This document shows, in pieces, positions 12,847 to 26,187 of a stretch of DNA of 64,000 nt. Position 1 is the first letter of the stretch. Each line of letters begins with the position of its first letter. The position numbers and the translations under genes were made by a program. Source of the stretch: Tricharina praecox (Eukaryota); assembly GCF_024521635.1 (NCBI RefSeq), contig NW_026250442.1, positions 62,001 to 126,000 of the forward strand. Reading direction: 5' to 3'. Below the pieces are notes generated by a model. It ran no database searches, had not been told where the DNA came from, and worked only from the letters and a program-made list of their open reading frames with translations.

Positions 12847-13464
12847 CTAGATCTTGGTCTCCCCCAGCATCCCCACCACATCCCCCACGCCCTCCCCCGT
12901 CTCCCAAGGCAGCCCACGCCTCATCCCTCTCCTCTGCAGTAACTCTAACAGCCTACCCCTCCACTTTGTCAACAGCGGAAACGCCGCGACCACATCATCG
13001 AGCGTCACCGCGGACCCATCCTCCCCGTCCTCCTCAACCTCCCACCTCCAAACGCCATTAACATCCCACCACCTCTCACCAAACACCGTATCAAACGCGA
13101 GCTCCGTCTCCGCCTCCCTGAGCGCCCTCATCGCCTCCGCGTCCCCTCCCTTCCTAGCAAGAACCGCGAGCGCGCCAAGGATCCCGCCCACCTGCAGCCC
13201 GATCCGGCCGCCCAGCGGGTAGCCCTCATCGAAGCCGCTCTGTATGTGCAGTGACTTGGACACGCTGATGCCGTCGCGGTAGCCGAACGTCGTGTGTGTT
13301 TGCCGGAGTTTTTGGAGGTCGGGGGCTTCCGTCGCCGTGGAGGAGGGTGTGGGTGTGGTGGGCCGTGAGGAGCTGGGTGAGGGGCTGCGGGAGCTGGGGA
13401 AGACGTCCGATAGGGTTTGCAAGTCTGGAGGCGTCGGTGGCGGCGTGGGCGGCGGGGTGCTCAT
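12847..13464 (-). CDS. YAE1: Yae1 (Yae1_N deca-GX3 domain; Fe-S adaptor for Rli1)
   Basis: GYRDGISVSKSLHIQSGFDEGYPLGGRIGLQVGGILG motif; first ATG at 13464. Confidence 0.85.
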   Translation of the reverse strand: MSTPPPTPPPTPPDLQTLSDVFPSSRSPSPSSSRPTTPTPSSTATEAPDLQKLRQTHTTFGYRDGISVSKSLHIQSGFDEGYPLGGRIGLQVGGILGALAVLARKGGDAEAMRALREAETELAFDTVFGERWWDVNGVWRWEVEEDGEDGSAVTLDDVVAAFPLLTKWRGRLLELLQRRGMRRGLPWETGEGVGDVVGMLGETKI

Positions 13465-13656
13465 CTTTGCGGGTGCGTGGTGGGGAGTTTGGTGGGGGCG
13501 GTGGATGGGGGCGGGAGGGCGTAAAGTAGAGTTATGGTTATTACTATAGTTGCGGCAATCGCCGTGCTTAGCGTGAATTGGATGTGGATGATGTCTACAC
13601 GTCTCCTTGAGCTCCCATTCACTCACTCACTCGCGACACAATAGCCACACGCAACA

Positions 13657-14430
13657 ATGTCGTGGACTACCTACCTCCTCCTCCCGCTGCTCCTGCCGCT
13701 GCTATGGTACCCCCCTCCCTCCCACTAATCCACCGCCCACTAACCCCAACGCAGTTTCTACCTCCTCCCAGCAACCCCCACAACCCCAGCAATGAGCAAC
13801 AAGACAATAACCCTCCTAATCGCGCACCCTGACGACGAAGCGATGTTCTTCTCACCCACACTCCTCTGCCTCGCGCCGTCGAACCGGATCCAAGTCCTCT
13901 GTCTTAGCACGGGGGACGCGGCGGGACTCGGCGCCGTGCGGCGCACAGAGCTGATCGCCTCAGCCATGACCCTAGGCGTCCGCGACAGCGCCGACGTCGT
14001 GGTGATCGACGACCCGCGAATGCCCGACAGCATGGGCACGCCGTGGGCTCCGGAGGTGGTGGCGGAGTACCTAGCGCGCTACGCGGGCGACGCGGACGTG
14101 GTCCTGACGTTCGATGAGCGCGGCGTGTCTGGGCATGTCAATCACGTCTCGCTGCTGCACGGGGCGCGCGAGTTTGTGCGCGGAAAGGGGGTGAAGCTGT
14201 GGACGCTGACTACCGTGGGGGTGCTGAGGAAGTATTCGTCCGTGCTCGATGTGCGCGCTACGAGGGCGGCTGGCGGGTTGGTGTTCGTGAGTAATTGGGA
14301 GGGCGTTAGGACGGCGCAGAGGGCTATGACGGATTGTCATGTCTCCCAGATGAGGTGGTTTAGGTGGGGCTGGATCGGGCTGAGCCGGTATATGGTGGTT
14401 AATGATGTGCGCGAGGAGACGGTCGTGTGA
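13657..14430 (+). CDS. GPI12: GlcNAc-PI de-N-acetylase (PIG-L)
   Basis: AHPDDEAMFFSP, GVSGHVNH and HVSQMRWFRW motifs. A hydrophobic first exon from ATG 13657 splices in frame through intron 13707-13754. Confidence 0.93.
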
Positions 14431-14667
14431 GAATGCATGTAGTATACAGATATAGATTGAATGTCCCCCAACCAATGCAACCATATCCCAGTTTTGGCTC
14501 CCCGTGAATGCAAAAGATCTAAACACTGAAAGGATATATACAACGAAGAAACAAAACAAGATACACCCACAACCGCCCAGTCCACCATTGAAGAAGAAGA
14601 AACAAAACATGAATACACCAATAACCGCCCAGTCCACCACTAAAGAAGTAGCCACGGAATGCCGGAA

Positions 14668-16590
14668 TCAAAAGAAATCGTCCTCCTCCTTCGCCCCCGT
14701 CCCCAGAGCCATGTACATCCACCTCCTCTTCCTGGTGGTGATGACCTCCCAGAGTTCCTCCTCATTCTCCTTCGCCAGATCCAACTCCACATGTCCAGAC
14801 CTGAGCACGTACACCACGTCCCGTCCCAGGAAACACCCCCACTTCTCGATGATCCTGGGAACCTCCTGTGTGCCGAACGCTGTGACTTCCAGATCCTTCC
14901 CAACTACCATCAACTCCGTCCATCGGCGGAGCATTGAGCGGAGTCTGTGCTCGTCCCTGACCAGTGCGGCGACTTGTTTGCGAAGCGCGGCTATCTCGTC
15001 AGCCGTGTAGGTCACCTTCTTCTCCACCATTTCGCCAGCGTCCTCGGGTCCACGAACGATCCGACCGTGCGCCATGCGTGTCTCGATGCTTCGTGCCCTC
15101 CAGACGATGGACCGAACCAGTGAGGTCATTACTGACTCCATCATCTGCTCCGCCATGCCGGGCATTCGTCGCCAGAGGTACGAGCGAATGATGTAGTCGT
15201 ACATATCAACGGTGGGTGAGATGCGGTAGGGTTCGCCGGTCATGATGTTCCAGAGTCCTTCGAGGGCGGCGGCGGGGAGCGAGTGTTCGTGGTCGGTGCG
15301 TTGGCGGGAGTACACGTATGTCCAGTTGAGAAGTGTGACCCAGACGGGCACTGGAATCGGTATGTCGTATAGTCTCGAGAGGTGATCGACCGTTCGGATG
15401 GCCTTGTCGACGCTTCCGTTTTGGCAGAACGCGGTTGCGATGGCGAGGAGTGTATGGCCGGTGGGATACAGCGGCGAGTCGGGGCGGATGGTGACCCGGC
15501 TCTCCTTGTCCCTTACGGCAGCTTCGTTCGGAAGCCCGTCCACGTCCACCCCCCAGATCTCCTTGAGCGTTACCGACACGCTGTGGAGATCCCCCATACG
15601 GGCCGTTGCAAGCATAAGGATATCGAACGTCATGCTGTTGGGCGAGACCCCCTTATCGAGCATTCTCCGGAAGATTCTCTTCGCTCTGGTGACATAGAGG
15701 TCCTTCCTCTTTGAACGATGGTCAACGCTCTTCTCATTGACCTTATATTCGCGCTCATACGCGGCACCTCCGCTGACTGCCGCCATGAACGAATTGTACG
15801 CCCATGTATCGACCAGATACTCACGACCACACATATCATTCCAGTAGACCTCTGCCATCTTCGGATCTCCACCGGCCCTGGCACAGTCGATCAGATGGCC
15901 ATACTCCCTGACCGTCAGCTTGTGCCCCGCCTTCTGCATTGCCTTGACCACGGTGACCAGCTTCCTCTTGAATTCCGCAAACGCCTTCTCCTCTGAGATG
16001 AGATAGTACGTCCTTCCGTCGGCCGCCAGGCGATGCCGAGCTTTGAGATCCAGGTAATCATCGGCCTTCAACGACAACAGCAGCGCACTGAAATCGTTCC
16101 CCTTGATGCTCCGCGTCAACAGAAAGTTGACGTACGTCTGCATGAACTTGTCCCAGATGAGGCCGCCCTTCTTCTGGTCGATGGCACGGAGGAGGCCACC
16201 TCGCGGCGACTGCGGCGAGGGGACGGGGATGGGATCGAGGCCGGTCAACGATGAATCCAGGGGTTCCGCCGGGGGTGCCGAGGCGGCGTGCGATTCGGTG
16301 GTGCTGCGGGCCACCTCGTACTCCCGCACGACATAGTCCAGCACGCTCTGCAGGCGCTTGACAGCATCGATGGAGTCCTTCAGGATGCGGCGGACGGAGG
16401 TCGGGTCGAGCTGGGTGTGGAATGACGGTGTTGGCAGCAATGGCGGCTCCGTTGCGGGGTCCTCGGCTCCCGTGCTCAGTGCCCGGGTGAGGCGTCTCGA
16501 GATGGTTCTACCGCGGGTCCCTTGCGGACACGTCGGGAGGCATCGGATTCTCTTGCCCAGAGAAATGGTGACGGACTGGAGTCCGTTCAT
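14668..16590 (-). CDS. Mitochondrial PPR protein, Aep2/Atp13-like
   Basis: Arg/Ser-rich presequence-like N-terminus; PPR-like repeats (YGHLIDCARAGGD, YNSFM, PNSMTFDILM); ATP13-like segment PTGHTLLAIATAFCQNG...AIRTVDHLSRLYDIPIP...W..LLNW. Confidence 0.75.
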   Translation of the reverse strand: MNGLQSVTISLGKRIRCLPTCPQGTRGRTISRRLTRALSTGAEDPATEPPLLPTPSFHTQLDPTSVRRILKDSIDAVKRLQSVLDYVVREYEVARSTTESHAASAPPAEPLDSSLTGLDPIPVPSPQSPRGGLLRAIDQKKGGLIWDKFMQTYVNFLLTRSIKGNDFSALLLSLKADDYLDLKARHRLAADGRTYYLISEEKAFAEFKRKLVTVVKAMQKAGHKLTVREYGHLIDCARAGGDPKMAEVYWNDMCGREYLVDTWAYNSFMAAVSGGAAYEREYKVNEKSVDHRSKRKDLYVTRAKRIFRRMLDKGVSPNSMTFDILMLATARMGDLHSVSVTLKEIWGVDVDGLPNEAAVRDKESRVTIRPDSPLYPTGHTLLAIATAFCQNGSVDKAIRTVDHLSRLYDIPIPVPVWVTLLNWTYVYSRQRTDHEHSLPAAALEGLWNIMTGEPYRISPTVDMYDYIIRSYLWRRMPGMAEQMMESVMTSLVRSIVWRARSIETRMAHGRIVRGPEDAGEMVEKKVTYTADEIAALRKQVAALVRDEHRLRSMLRRWTELMVVGKDLEVTAFGTQEVPRIIEKWGCFLGRDVVYVLRSGHVELDLAKENEEELWEVITTRKRRWMYMALGTGAKEEDDFF

Positions 16591-19500
16591 AAGTGGGGAG
16601 GTCGAATTGTGGGGCCGTGCAGCGAACACAGCGGCGAAGAAGGTAGGTCGGACGCCGGCGTTATGGAACGGACGGTTTGGGTTGAGGGACAGCCAAAAAA
16701 AATTCGAGAGCCGAATTGAGGCCAGATAAGATGGGATTGATAAGCGATGTGTACGAGTGACTTCCGGTGCTTGTATTCCGAGATGTTGAGAATGAATCCC
16801 ATAATCTAATAGCCGCTACGCCTTCCATTCATGCTCGCAAGTACGAGGTATTCATTCTTGTTGCCGTATGCAAAGCAAAACATAACCTTTCCAGTGCCCG
16901 AACAACACAAATGCAAAGCATACTTGGTAGCAAATGATCTATCAACTCTATTTCTAGGTCTACACCTACTCCTTCCCCGTCTTCCGGCTTCATTCGGATT
17001 CTTTCCCCCCTTGAGAATGAGAATATCCAGTTAACAATCATGATCCAGCAGACAATTCTCCTTCCTATGATAACCCTCCCATCTAACCGTGCGCTGATAG
17101 TTACTCCTTCCGCTTCTCCGCCAGCGCTGGCGCATCCGGAACGCGCTTCATAGATTCCGTCCCGGTAGCCGATTGCCAGAAGTTCCTCTCCAGCTGCACT
17201 GCAGTTCAAGACTCCAGACCCCACCGGCATCCACGGGCATCAACGAAGCATCCCGCATCCCGCATCCCGCATCGGAAGTCCAACTCCAACAAACAAGAGC
17301 CGGCTCGGGCTTCGAGCCTTCGACAGCGATGGGAGCCCGTCGTCGTCGCCAGAGGACTCGGGAAGAATGGTACCTATCCTCCGTTATGGTAGCCTCCGTT
17401 ACGGTAACCGGTGATGCTACTCTGGAGTCTGGGAATCTGGGAATTTGGGAGCGTGTCCTGCAGATAATCACTCGAGCTGAGTACGGTGCCGAGTACGGTA
17501 CCGAGAGTCGAGATATGTAACTACGGAAGCTGTGCAGGTACAGTAGGTATCCACAGGTATGTAGGTAGGTATTCTCGACAGAAAAGACCGATGCTGGTAA
17601 TGGGAATATATCTTCCTCCGCTGGGCCGTCGAGGGAGTCCGTCCCCTTCGCCGCGGTATGTACCTACATAGATGCTGGGAGTGTTTCGTTCCAAGCTCCA
17701 ACCTCCAACCGCCCGAGCAGCAGCAGAACAGCGGAGCGGTACCCACCGCCACCCTCACCCGGCTAGCAGGCAGGCAGATTTCCCGACAAGTGACCAGATG
17801 TATGTATGTAGGCCACACTGCCAGGGAAAATGATAGTTAGTTGGTTGTCGCCGAGGGCTGAGACATTGCGTGTAGTGTGTCTTGTGTCTGGTGTCTTGTG
17901 GTGTCTTGTATCTTGTGTCTTGTGTCGTGCGGGATGAGTGATCATAGACTCACCTCACCGTCTCATCGTCGGCGACTTGTCATGCCAAAACAAAAGGTCG
18001 GGCCAAAACAAAGGTCGAAATCCGGTATCTACCCAATGTATCGCCTGAATGTGAGGAAGTGAGTGTGTACCGTAAACCGTCCACACATTACGGTGGGTAG
18101 GGCATCTACCACGCAGGAGAGTGTAAGTACGAGTAGAGTACCGGTATTCCGGAGAAGGGTGGGGATGGATGCTTTTGAAATAAACAATTCATTTTCCATT
18201 TTCATTCCATTTTCAAGAATGTTTCTGTTTAAACCCCGAAAACCCCCCAAATTAAAATCATAAAAAGAACATCTACCATAGTCAGAACCAGTCGATGGCC
18301 GATGACCTACGGGGATGGGATATGTAGCTCTTGCAAGTTGCTACACAAGTACCCACACCAGTATGTAACAAGTTGCCAAGTTCCAAGTATAATACCGGTA
18401 CAATTGCTTCTTACTCCCCGATCCGAACCGTAGCGATTGGGTACATGAGTATCGAGTCTCGAGCGACCGGCGAGGGCGTAGGTACTTGTTACCATTGGCA
18501 CTCCTTTTCTTTCTTTTCTTGTTTCCTTTCCTTCTTTTCGACCGGGGTTTTAAGACGAGTTTTCCTGTACTAGGTAAATGTATCTGGTGATCCACCATGC
18601 TGATACCTGAGTAAGTAGGTACGTATGGTAGGTATGGTATGGGGATGGGGATGGCAGAGGGATAGACACGGGGATGGGCATGGGGATGGATATGCTGCCG
18701 CTGACACCTAGAGGAAAAGAAGAAAAAAGGAAACGAAAAGGAAAAAAGAAGAAGGATTTTGCTTCTGCCGGCTGGTCGAATATGTGGAACACTCTACTAT
18801 ACCGTGCTCTAACTACTCTACTATTCGTAGGTACTTCTGTACTTAGAAGATGTAGGTGTTTGTGTACTTTGTACTTGGACATGTACTGGGTTATGTACCT
18901 CCTGTTTGTACTGTATGTATGTACTTGGATATGTACTGCACTGTAGATATAGTACTCTACATGCTCAACCGAACGGTACATAAGAGGTACATAACCACCA
19001 GCCAGAATAGGGTATGCTCCGAATCCCAATTCAAATCCAAATCCCAATCCGAGCCCAAATCTGAGAGTACCTTTAACTACTGGCACATGTCAAACACCAG
19101 TGTCCCGCGGTAACTACCGCAGTCATACCAGTACATAGTAGTTATTCGCTCCATCTCCCCGGCCCCCTCCATCGCACACCGAACTCAACTCAACTCAACT
19201 CGGACTCCGAAACGAAACCAAGACTCGAACCAAGAATCCAGCCAACATTCCGCGCCGCGTGCGCTGCGGCAGCGGGTAGTTCGGATCCTGGGAGTCCACG
19301 TGTGCGTATCTATTTACGAGCTGGGACGAAACAACCTTGACTATAGCTATAAGTTGAGCGCGTTAAGACAACCGGCCAAGATCAAGCTCAAGATCAGGAA
19401 ACAGAAACAGAAACGGCATTCCTCCAGCTCGTCCTGTTCGTCATGTTATCCCTGGCATCTAGTCATCCAGTGGAAAAATCCGTTGGTTGGTTGGGTACTC

Positions 19501-21723
19501 GGCCCGAACCCTCGACACCGACCTCAACCTCGAAGAGTCGGCCCAAGGACCAAGCGAGCGAGTTCGAGTTCAGCCCGCCCGCACTGACTGCCGACTCCCG
19601 CACTGACTGCCGACTCCCGCACCGACTCCCGCGGCCCTGCCGTCTCGCCGTTCGCCTACCCGCCGTATGTACTGCCCTGCCCCGGCCGTGGATCCGCCTC
19701 GAGCCCGGCGCCAACAATCTCGATGGCGGTGCTCCACCAGCGCAGATATGTACCGGTGCATATGTAACCCCCCACACTCTCCGGTGGTACCAGTCTTCCG
19801 GTGTCGGACCTTCGGTTGAGCCAAGATCAAGGCGTGAAGATCAAAAAGGAAGATCAGCAATGATGATCAGAACGAAGATCAAGGAAATAAGCGAGCGAGC
19901 GAGCGAGCGAGCGAGAGTGCTCTGCTCTGGCAGCTGATCTCTTGATCTGCTGGTGTCGAGCCTAAGTAGAGATACCTCCTACCACTTCTTGGTTATGTAG
20001 AGTGGGTGCATGCATAATTCACGTAGGTATCATATGCATAACCTCGCTCGCCCTCCCTCCCTCCCGCTTGCCGTGGAATATGCATGTACATATGGTATGT
20101 AGAGTACCCAGAACTTGAACGCAGACACAAGCAAGCAAGCAAGCTGCAGACCATCCCCCCTCCCGCACCACGTGCATCCCATCTCCCATGGGGGCCAGCA
20201 CCGTGGCTTCTTCCCACCTACAACTTCCTTCCTACTTATCTCTCCATATCTTCCATCCCCCGTTTGCGCCCTCCCCTCTGAAGAAAAGACGTATGTAAAA
20301 AAGAAGAAAAAAGAAGAAAAAAGAAAGGAGAAAAAGGGAAGGGAAGGGAAGGGGGAGGCCATGCAATGCACCACACACTGCATCACACACTGCACCAGAC
20401 TCTGCACCAGACCGCACCACACACTGCACCACACACTGCACCGCACTGCACTGCATAAGCCGCGGACGCCGTGGGTGGACGCCGGTCGGCATTTGGTGGT
20501 GGGGTGGGGTGTGGTGCGCAGGGCGGGGATGATGGGTGCGCATAATTTGTGAAGGATTTTGTTTATTGTTTTTATGTTTTATTGTTGTTTTTATTGGTGT
20601 TTTTATTGTTGGTTTTTGGCAGGAGGAAGGAGGAAAGAAAAGAAAGGAAAAGAAAGGAGAAATATGGTACTCTAGCCCATCCAAATAAATCTATCCGAGA
20701 GAGAGAGGGGAAGAGGGGGGGAGAGAGAGAGGGAGAGAGACGGATGCTAGGAGGGGTGGATGTGCGGCTACGGATATTTATATATATTCGCATTCGTTGG
20801 GGGCTATCCGTGAGGATGGAGGATTGGGGATGGAGGATGGAGGGATGAGGGATGAGGGTTTTCCTATAAACCAATTCTCGACTCTGGAGTCCAGTCTCAG
20901 GAGCGGGCCGTTTGGCTCATGGCTATAGGAGCGATTGGAGATTGGCGGCTGGCGGTTGGTGTCTATGTATTTGCAGTCGAGTAGAGTGTCCTTCCGCCAT
21001 TCTTTCCGGAGCGAATTTGAACTTGAATTTGGCCCTTATGGAGCTTCCAGGTGCGGACACTTTTTGGCGGCTAGTGCGGCAAGGCGGGTGCAGGGGCGGC
21101 AAACGGCATTAGATGGGGGGGGGGGCGGAGTGTCTGAACTCTGGAGGGGTTGAATAAAGTGCAGCGCCTGGCTAATTCGGAGGGAGGAGGGCTTTTTTTT
21201 GTTTCTGATTTTTTTCTCGTTCTTTTTTTCGTTTTCTTCCTTTTTTTTGTCTCGTCCATGCTTTTGGGGGCGAGATACTGATAGCGAGAAGACGCTAGCT
21301 AGTGCGACGGATAGGGAGGGGCGTTGGGCTTGGGCGGGCGGGTGTTCGCTTCTATCCCCGGAAGCGAGGGGTGCGTATCAATCTGGAGGGAGAAGGATCG
21401 ATAGTATGGTGGGGAGGGAGAAGAAACGGTACCTACCATAGTGGTGAGAGAGAGAGAGACAGAGAGAGAGACGGCAATTCCATTCCTTGGGTCTCCTCTG
21501 CAAGAAAGTAGAGTAGATACCAGATACTCTAACCAGAGTCTACGCCGGTACGTACGACGTCGAGCAAGCACACCCTGCCATGTTCGCAATATACCTACGG
21601 CACCTACTCTGGGTACATAGAGTACGGTCAGTTAGCCAGGGGAATACCTAGGGCTGCTGACCACCGTTCGAAGGCGGCGGCGAAGAAGCCGGAGAAGATG
21701 ACGGCGACGATGACGGGGAAGCC

Positions 21724-21840
21724 GTAGAACACGCAGAAGGATACGAAGACGGATATGCTGTAGAACACGCGGAAGGAGACGAATACGGAGAAGCCGCAGA
21801 ACACGCGGAAGGAGACGAATACGGAGAAGCCGCAGAGGCC
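21724..21840. repeat. 36-bp tandem repeat, about 3 copies
   Basis: Unit GYAGAACACGCGGAAGGAGACGAATACGGAGAAGCC. Confidence 0.8.
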
Positions 21841-21968
21841 GTAGAAGCCGTAGGAGAAAAAGGCAAAGACGGGTGAGGCTCTCAGCACTGTATTGGCCGC
21901 GCCCATCTCCATCTCTCCATCTCTCCGTCGCTATTGTTGTAATTGTTGCTGTCGCTGCTGTCGCCGCT

Positions 21969-21999
<31 letters not shown>

Positions 22000-23457
22000 G
22001 GTGTCTCGCTGTAGCGCGCCTTCACTGCTCTCGCTAAACCGCTTCGTCCCTACCTTCGTCGCCAGTCGCTTAGACGGCTAACCCCATTCTTCAACATGTC
22101 ATATCATCATCGCATCCGTTGCATCTCTGTCTCTCATCCTCTCTCACTCAGTGGCGACGGTGGTTAGTGGTGGTGGAGGAGGTGGTGGAGGTGGTGGTGG
22201 TGCAGTCTTGCTTGCCGTTAACCTGCCCGTCCCACCCTCCGTCGAATACCGGTAATTTCTGCTGCTGCTTGCTGCCGTGCTCTGCTCCACTCGAAGCACA
22301 TACCTGTTACCTACTGTCGCTCCGCGTCTCCCCCGTCGCCATCGACGTCGCCAGCGCCATCGCCGTTCGTTGTTGTCTCGACGAGAAGACATCTGCTCTC
22401 ATCGGTCTCAGGGCGTTCCTCGAATCACTCTCCGCACCGCATCTCGAACCGGGCGCTGACTTGCATCTCGCCATTCGACATCACAACTACTGTTGCCGCT
22501 GCTGCTGCCAGGTACCTGCTACATAGCACCTACCGTCGTTCTTAAGCACTCTGCTCGATCCAACTACCCTACACGACATTACACTACCTACACCGCACTA
22601 CGTTGTCGCTCACCCTAGAGTACCATTCCTCCGTATCGCCCTATCGCCCGCCCGCCCTCCCGCCCGCCCCCCGTCGCCCGCTGCCTATCCACATCGATCC
22701 CCATCCCAACCTCCCGCCCACCCTACACTCCGCCGCATCTCTTTCGTCCTCTCCTCCCGTCTTGTCTCTCCCGCCTATCCCTCCGCCGCTGCAGCCAGAC
22801 TCCCACCACTATATCTCCATCCCACCCACCTCCCGCCAATCCAATCACTACCATTCCCCCCGGCTTGCATACTTCCTAGCACCACTTAGTCCAATCACCT
22901 GCTGCTGCACCAGCATCTCCCAGAGAGGCCTTTACAACGCAACAACGACGCACCTCCAAGCCCCCCCCCCCCCCCCCCCCCCCCCCCAAGCAACAAGCAG
23001 CCTCGCCCACCACCACCACCGCTACATACCACCACTACCACCACCACCATCACTTACTACTTACAACCACACATCCCACTACTTCCTCCTCTCACCCACC
23101 CTCCCTTCCGCTCGCTCGCAGCTTCTTTCTCTCCATTGCTGTAGTGCATTCCATTCCAGGTGCCAGACAGCAGCCCAGCCCACTACCACACCCTACTTCC
23201 CATCACCCGCACATCTCATCCCACTTCTCGTTCCTGAATCCCGTCCTTTTCGACCCAACTTGCGTTCGTCACGTTCTCTCGTTCTCGTCATCTGATCTTG
23301 CGTCGCGCAATTCGTTCGCTCCGTGCCGCTCCTTTCCATTTTCGACACGCACCGCAGCAGCAGTAGCAGCAGCAGCAACGACAATAGCAGCAACGACAAC
23401 TACAGCAACAACCACAGCAGCAGATCCATCGTCGTCGTTTCGTCCGTCTCGGTCGCA

Positions 23458-25380
23458 ATGGACGGCTCTTCTACTATCAACGGAAACTCCCGTCCCTTGG
23501 TGGGAAGCTATGTCGACAACAACGACGTGAACGGTTGGAACAACCACCAGCAGCAACAGCAGCAGCAGCAGCATCACCAGGAACCTTCGTACCAGACTCA
23601 GCCCATCGGCATCAAGACTGAGCAATTGTCGGCCGTTCCTACCTACGAGGCTTACGTCGCTGTCACCTCCGCTGGTCCCGCCGACATGGAGGTTAAACCG
23701 GGCTTACTTGATCCAACACCCCCCACCGATCTCACGGAGATGCAACGCTTATCGCAGGAGTACCAGCCAGATGTAACGGTATGTCGGAAGGAGAGAAAAA
23801 AATACAACTACAACCTCCCCCACTGCACTTCTCACTCCACTTTGTGGGCGGGGGGGAGTCTGCTGTGGACACCGAGAGCGATGGTGAGCTAACGGTGAAC
23901 TATGACAGGGTCCGCTAGTCGGAGAGCTCAAGTCGAGCAAAGCCCTTGCAATCGAATACGCGGATGCGGATCCCACCTACATCAGAAAGACTTCGGTACG
24001 GTTGCATCTCTCTCGTTGCTGTTTTGTTTTTTCTTTCTTTTATTCTCTCTCGCTTCTCTGTGTGTGTGCATGTGCGAAGAGCTTTGCTGATGCGGACGCA
24101 TTGCAGAGCCTTGCCCTAAAATACGATTCCTATCGTACCGTGCGCGGTGATGGAAACTGTGGATGGAGAGGTACGCCGCTGCCATCGGTAGACGATTTTT
24201 GCTCTGGGCGACTGACGCTGACTGCTTGCTTCTAGCTCTCGCTTTCGGCTTCTTCGAGCTGTTGTTGAGGAATGGCGACCAGAATTCTCTTGGAATGGAG
24301 CATGCCCGGATTGCGTCGTTGAGTGGCCTGATGGAGTCTGTTGGCTTCCAATCGTACATCTACGAGGATTTCGCTGAAGCTACCTTCTCCCTGTTCACTA
24401 CCTTGAACTCCGGCAATATCAGCCCATCGGACGACGCCCCGCTAGTCAGCACCTTCAATGATCCTAGCATCTCGGACTCCATCGTGACACACTTCAAGGT
24501 TTGATATTCCTATCTGGGAATCTGCCGCTTGTAGGGGGGCTCACCCGAACTGACTGAGTGTGTGTCGGCAGTTCTTGACGAGCGCTTGGATGAAGAGTAG
24601 TCCCGAACACTATCAGCCGTTCTTGAGTGTGCCGGTCAGGGAACACTGCGAGTCCCAGATAGAACCGTATGGCGTAGAGATTGACCATGTCGGCCTGATG
24701 GCCCTGATTGATTGTTTGATTCTGCCTGCAGGCATGGCAGTTGAGATCATCTATCTCGACCGGAGCGCTGGAGACGAGGTGAACGTGCACCGCTTCGAGA
24801 AGCTCGAGGGCGAGGGAATCTTGACCGCCCCCGATGCGCCAGTGTTGAGACTCTTGTACCGACCGTATGCCTCACCCACACATGCCCAATCCCGTTTGAA
24901 CATTTTGAGCTCACCACCTCCATCTTGCATAGTGGCCACTACGACATCGTGTACAAAGCGGAAGACTTGCCAGTGCCGGTGCCCTCGTTCCCGGTCGCAC
25001 CATCCCAGCCCGTGCAGGTTTCGTTCCTCCACACCTTGCCGGACCAGATCTTCCAGGCCACGCCTGCTGCTGGGGGCTTTCCAAGCTTCTTCTCGCCGCC
25101 GTTCGGACTGGATCTCGGTGGACCGCCATCCTTCGACCACTCGATCCAGCCACTTCCGAGTCCGGACCCAGGAAACTTCCGCCAGTCGATGCTGTCGATT
25201 CCCGAGTTCCAGCCCTCACCGTTCCAGCCGCTGCCGTTCCAGACGACCACGTTCAGGAACTCACCGTTCAACCCAAGTCACTTCCAAAGTGAAAACTTTC
25301 AGCCGGAAATCTACCAGCCGCCAACGTCGCCAACCCACTCCAGGAAACATGACAAGCACTCTTCGGATTCCTCGATATAA
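23458..25380 (+). CDS. Otubain-type OTU deubiquitinase (peptidase C65)
   Basis: Six exons (introns 23779-23908, 23996-24106, 24171-24235, 24499-24571, 24865-24932). Catalytic motifs YRTVRGDGNCGWRA and LLYRPGHYDI. Confidence 0.92.
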
Positions 25381-26187
25381 ACATGACGGTTGGTGCGCCC
25401 GGAATGTTAATGGTTGACTGGAAGTAAATAGATACAGGTGGTCGGAGGCGACTCGGGGAAGAAGTTCTCTCTTTCTTTTTTCCTTTTTTCTTGCTTTTCC
25501 CTTTCTTGATACTAGTTACCATGGCGTACTTATACGGCTTTGATGTTTTTGTTTGTTTCTTCTTTTCTCCCTTCGTCTTTTTCCCTATTTCTTATCTCTT
25601 ACGGTACAACGATTCACGCAAACGGCTTTTCATTCTTCTTGCTTTCGAACCTGTCTTCTCTTTGCGTTTCTTTTCCTGTGGTCTCGGGGTTTGGGTTTTG
25701 CTGCTTTTCTGATTTCTGATTTCTGGCTGGTTACGGGATGACGTGTGCTGCCCAACACTTGGTGCGAGGGGAGGACGGAGACGAAAAGGTGTCTGGGCTC
25801 ACGGCGAATATGGGGATTGGGTGCTTGGTTGGTTGCGGGCTGGGGAAATTTCAAAAATTTGGGTTCACGCTGTCGGTTGTGCTAGTGCTCCAGTGACGAT
25901 ATCCGTGGCGAGGAGATCCTGATGGTGGGCTCACGGGCCTACGCCGTCATGCCTGGATAATCAGTCCTGACCGTCATATATGGATGGAAGGAGCCTGTGC
26001 CCTCGCTGTGTTTGCTTGCTCTTTCCATTCACGATACTCGGCCGTACATCCAGTCATCTAGCAACCCATCCATCTAGCTGTCTATCTAACCAGCCATTCA
26101 TCCATCCATCTATCCATCCAGCCATCCAGCCAGCGGTCCATCCATATATCTATCCATCCAGCCAGCCAGTGATATCGTACCCATCCC

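Noticed and set aside
16700..23400. Many short ORFs in the long intergenic regions (also 53.5-57.3 kb)
   Set aside because: Microsatellite and low-complexity translations without recognisable motifs or coherent splice structure.
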